A DNA stretch of 50,978 nucleotides from a virus. Taxonomy: Duplodnaviria > Caudoviricetes. A program made the position numbers and the translations under genes. The notes under the pieces are model-generated. The model did no database searches. It had not been told where the DNA came from and saw nothing but the letters and a program-made list of their open reading frames with translations. Within the stretch, counting starts at the first letter, position 1. Each line of letters starts with the position of its first letter. Location of the stretch: positions 1 through 50,978 of IMG/VR virus record IMGVR_UViG_3300023223_000589; one strand, written 5' to 3'. Positions 50,542-50,978 of the stretch are shown here, piece by piece.

Positions 50542-50741
50542 AAATGAGCGCATATTGTGGTGAATGTGCATTTAACGCTTAAAAACGATGGTGTTATATA
50601 ATAAAGTGCGTTTACAGCTCAGAAATGAGGATTGTTTGACAAAATGAGCGTATATTACGTGAAATGTGCGTTTAAAGCCTAAAAACGATGGTCGCTTGAT
50701 GAGAATGTGCGATTTTAGGCTAAAAATGAGGTTTTTATGAT
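50542..50741 (+). repeat. Degenerate array: ~10 AAA(T/C)G(A/T)G-like units at ~20-bp spacing, in two 100-bp super-units
   Basis: 50542-50592 closely matches 50642-50692. Confidence 0.85.
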
Positions 50742-50830
50742 ATTTTGCAGGTTTTTTAGGATATTTTATATAAAATGTGGCTTTTTAGGGCTTAAAGGGG
50801 GTTGGGGCCCGTGGCGGAGTACTAAATCAT

Positions 50831-50978
50831 TGTTTTTGGGTCTTCACTATCCCCCCACCCTCTTTCTTCACACATAGAATCATAAGATTCTTGTGATATC
50901 ATCCCATTTTTAAGATATTTATCGTATGCAAGCTTTTCTTTTTCCGCATCTATGAAGCCGTTGAACTTTCCAATTAAT
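50831..50978. repeat. Right terminal inverted repeat (fold-back copy of 49744-49891)
   Basis: 50841-50978 is the exact reverse complement of 49744-49881; imperfect extension inward. Confidence 0.95.

Noticed and set aside
50542-50741. Possible mini-CRISPR array
   Set aside because: Repeats are short and degenerate, the intervening sequences are themselves duplicated, and no cas genes are present
1-50978. N15-like hairpin-telomere plasmid prophage
   Set aside because: Loops between the inverted repeats are ~190 and ~940 nt and non-palindromic; no protelomerase or partition genes are recognised

Overview
This is an essentially complete, AT-rich ~51 kb tailed-phage genome, transcribed almost entirely on the + strand. 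It has a lambda-like head module (TerS, GpA-type TerL, gpW, portal, S49 protease, decoration protein, gpE-type capsid) and a Mu-like contractile tail and baseplate (sheath, tube, frameshifted chaperone, tape measure, gpN/44/45/46/47/48-like proteins, fibre). It also carries a three-gene membrane cassette with no recognisable endolysin, RecE/SSAP/SSB recombination genes, a lambda-O-like initiator with internal iterons, two DNA methyltransferases, a second displaced fibre cassette and many small accessory ORFs. I recognise no integrase, RT or CRISPR. Most notable: (1) a non-coding transcript at ~665-936 with two multi-stem RNA domains followed by an atypical tRNA, driven by a phage-wide promoter/operator motif; (2) a ~123-aa domain duplicated into both the tail terminator and the sheath; (3) adhesin-like additions to the baseplate plus a stand-alone fibre cassette; (4) a lysis cassette without endolysin, ending in an internal-lipobox protein; (5) fold-back inverted repeats and phased repeat arrays at both ends. 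All product calls come from motif recognition and synteny by eye; no searches were run.
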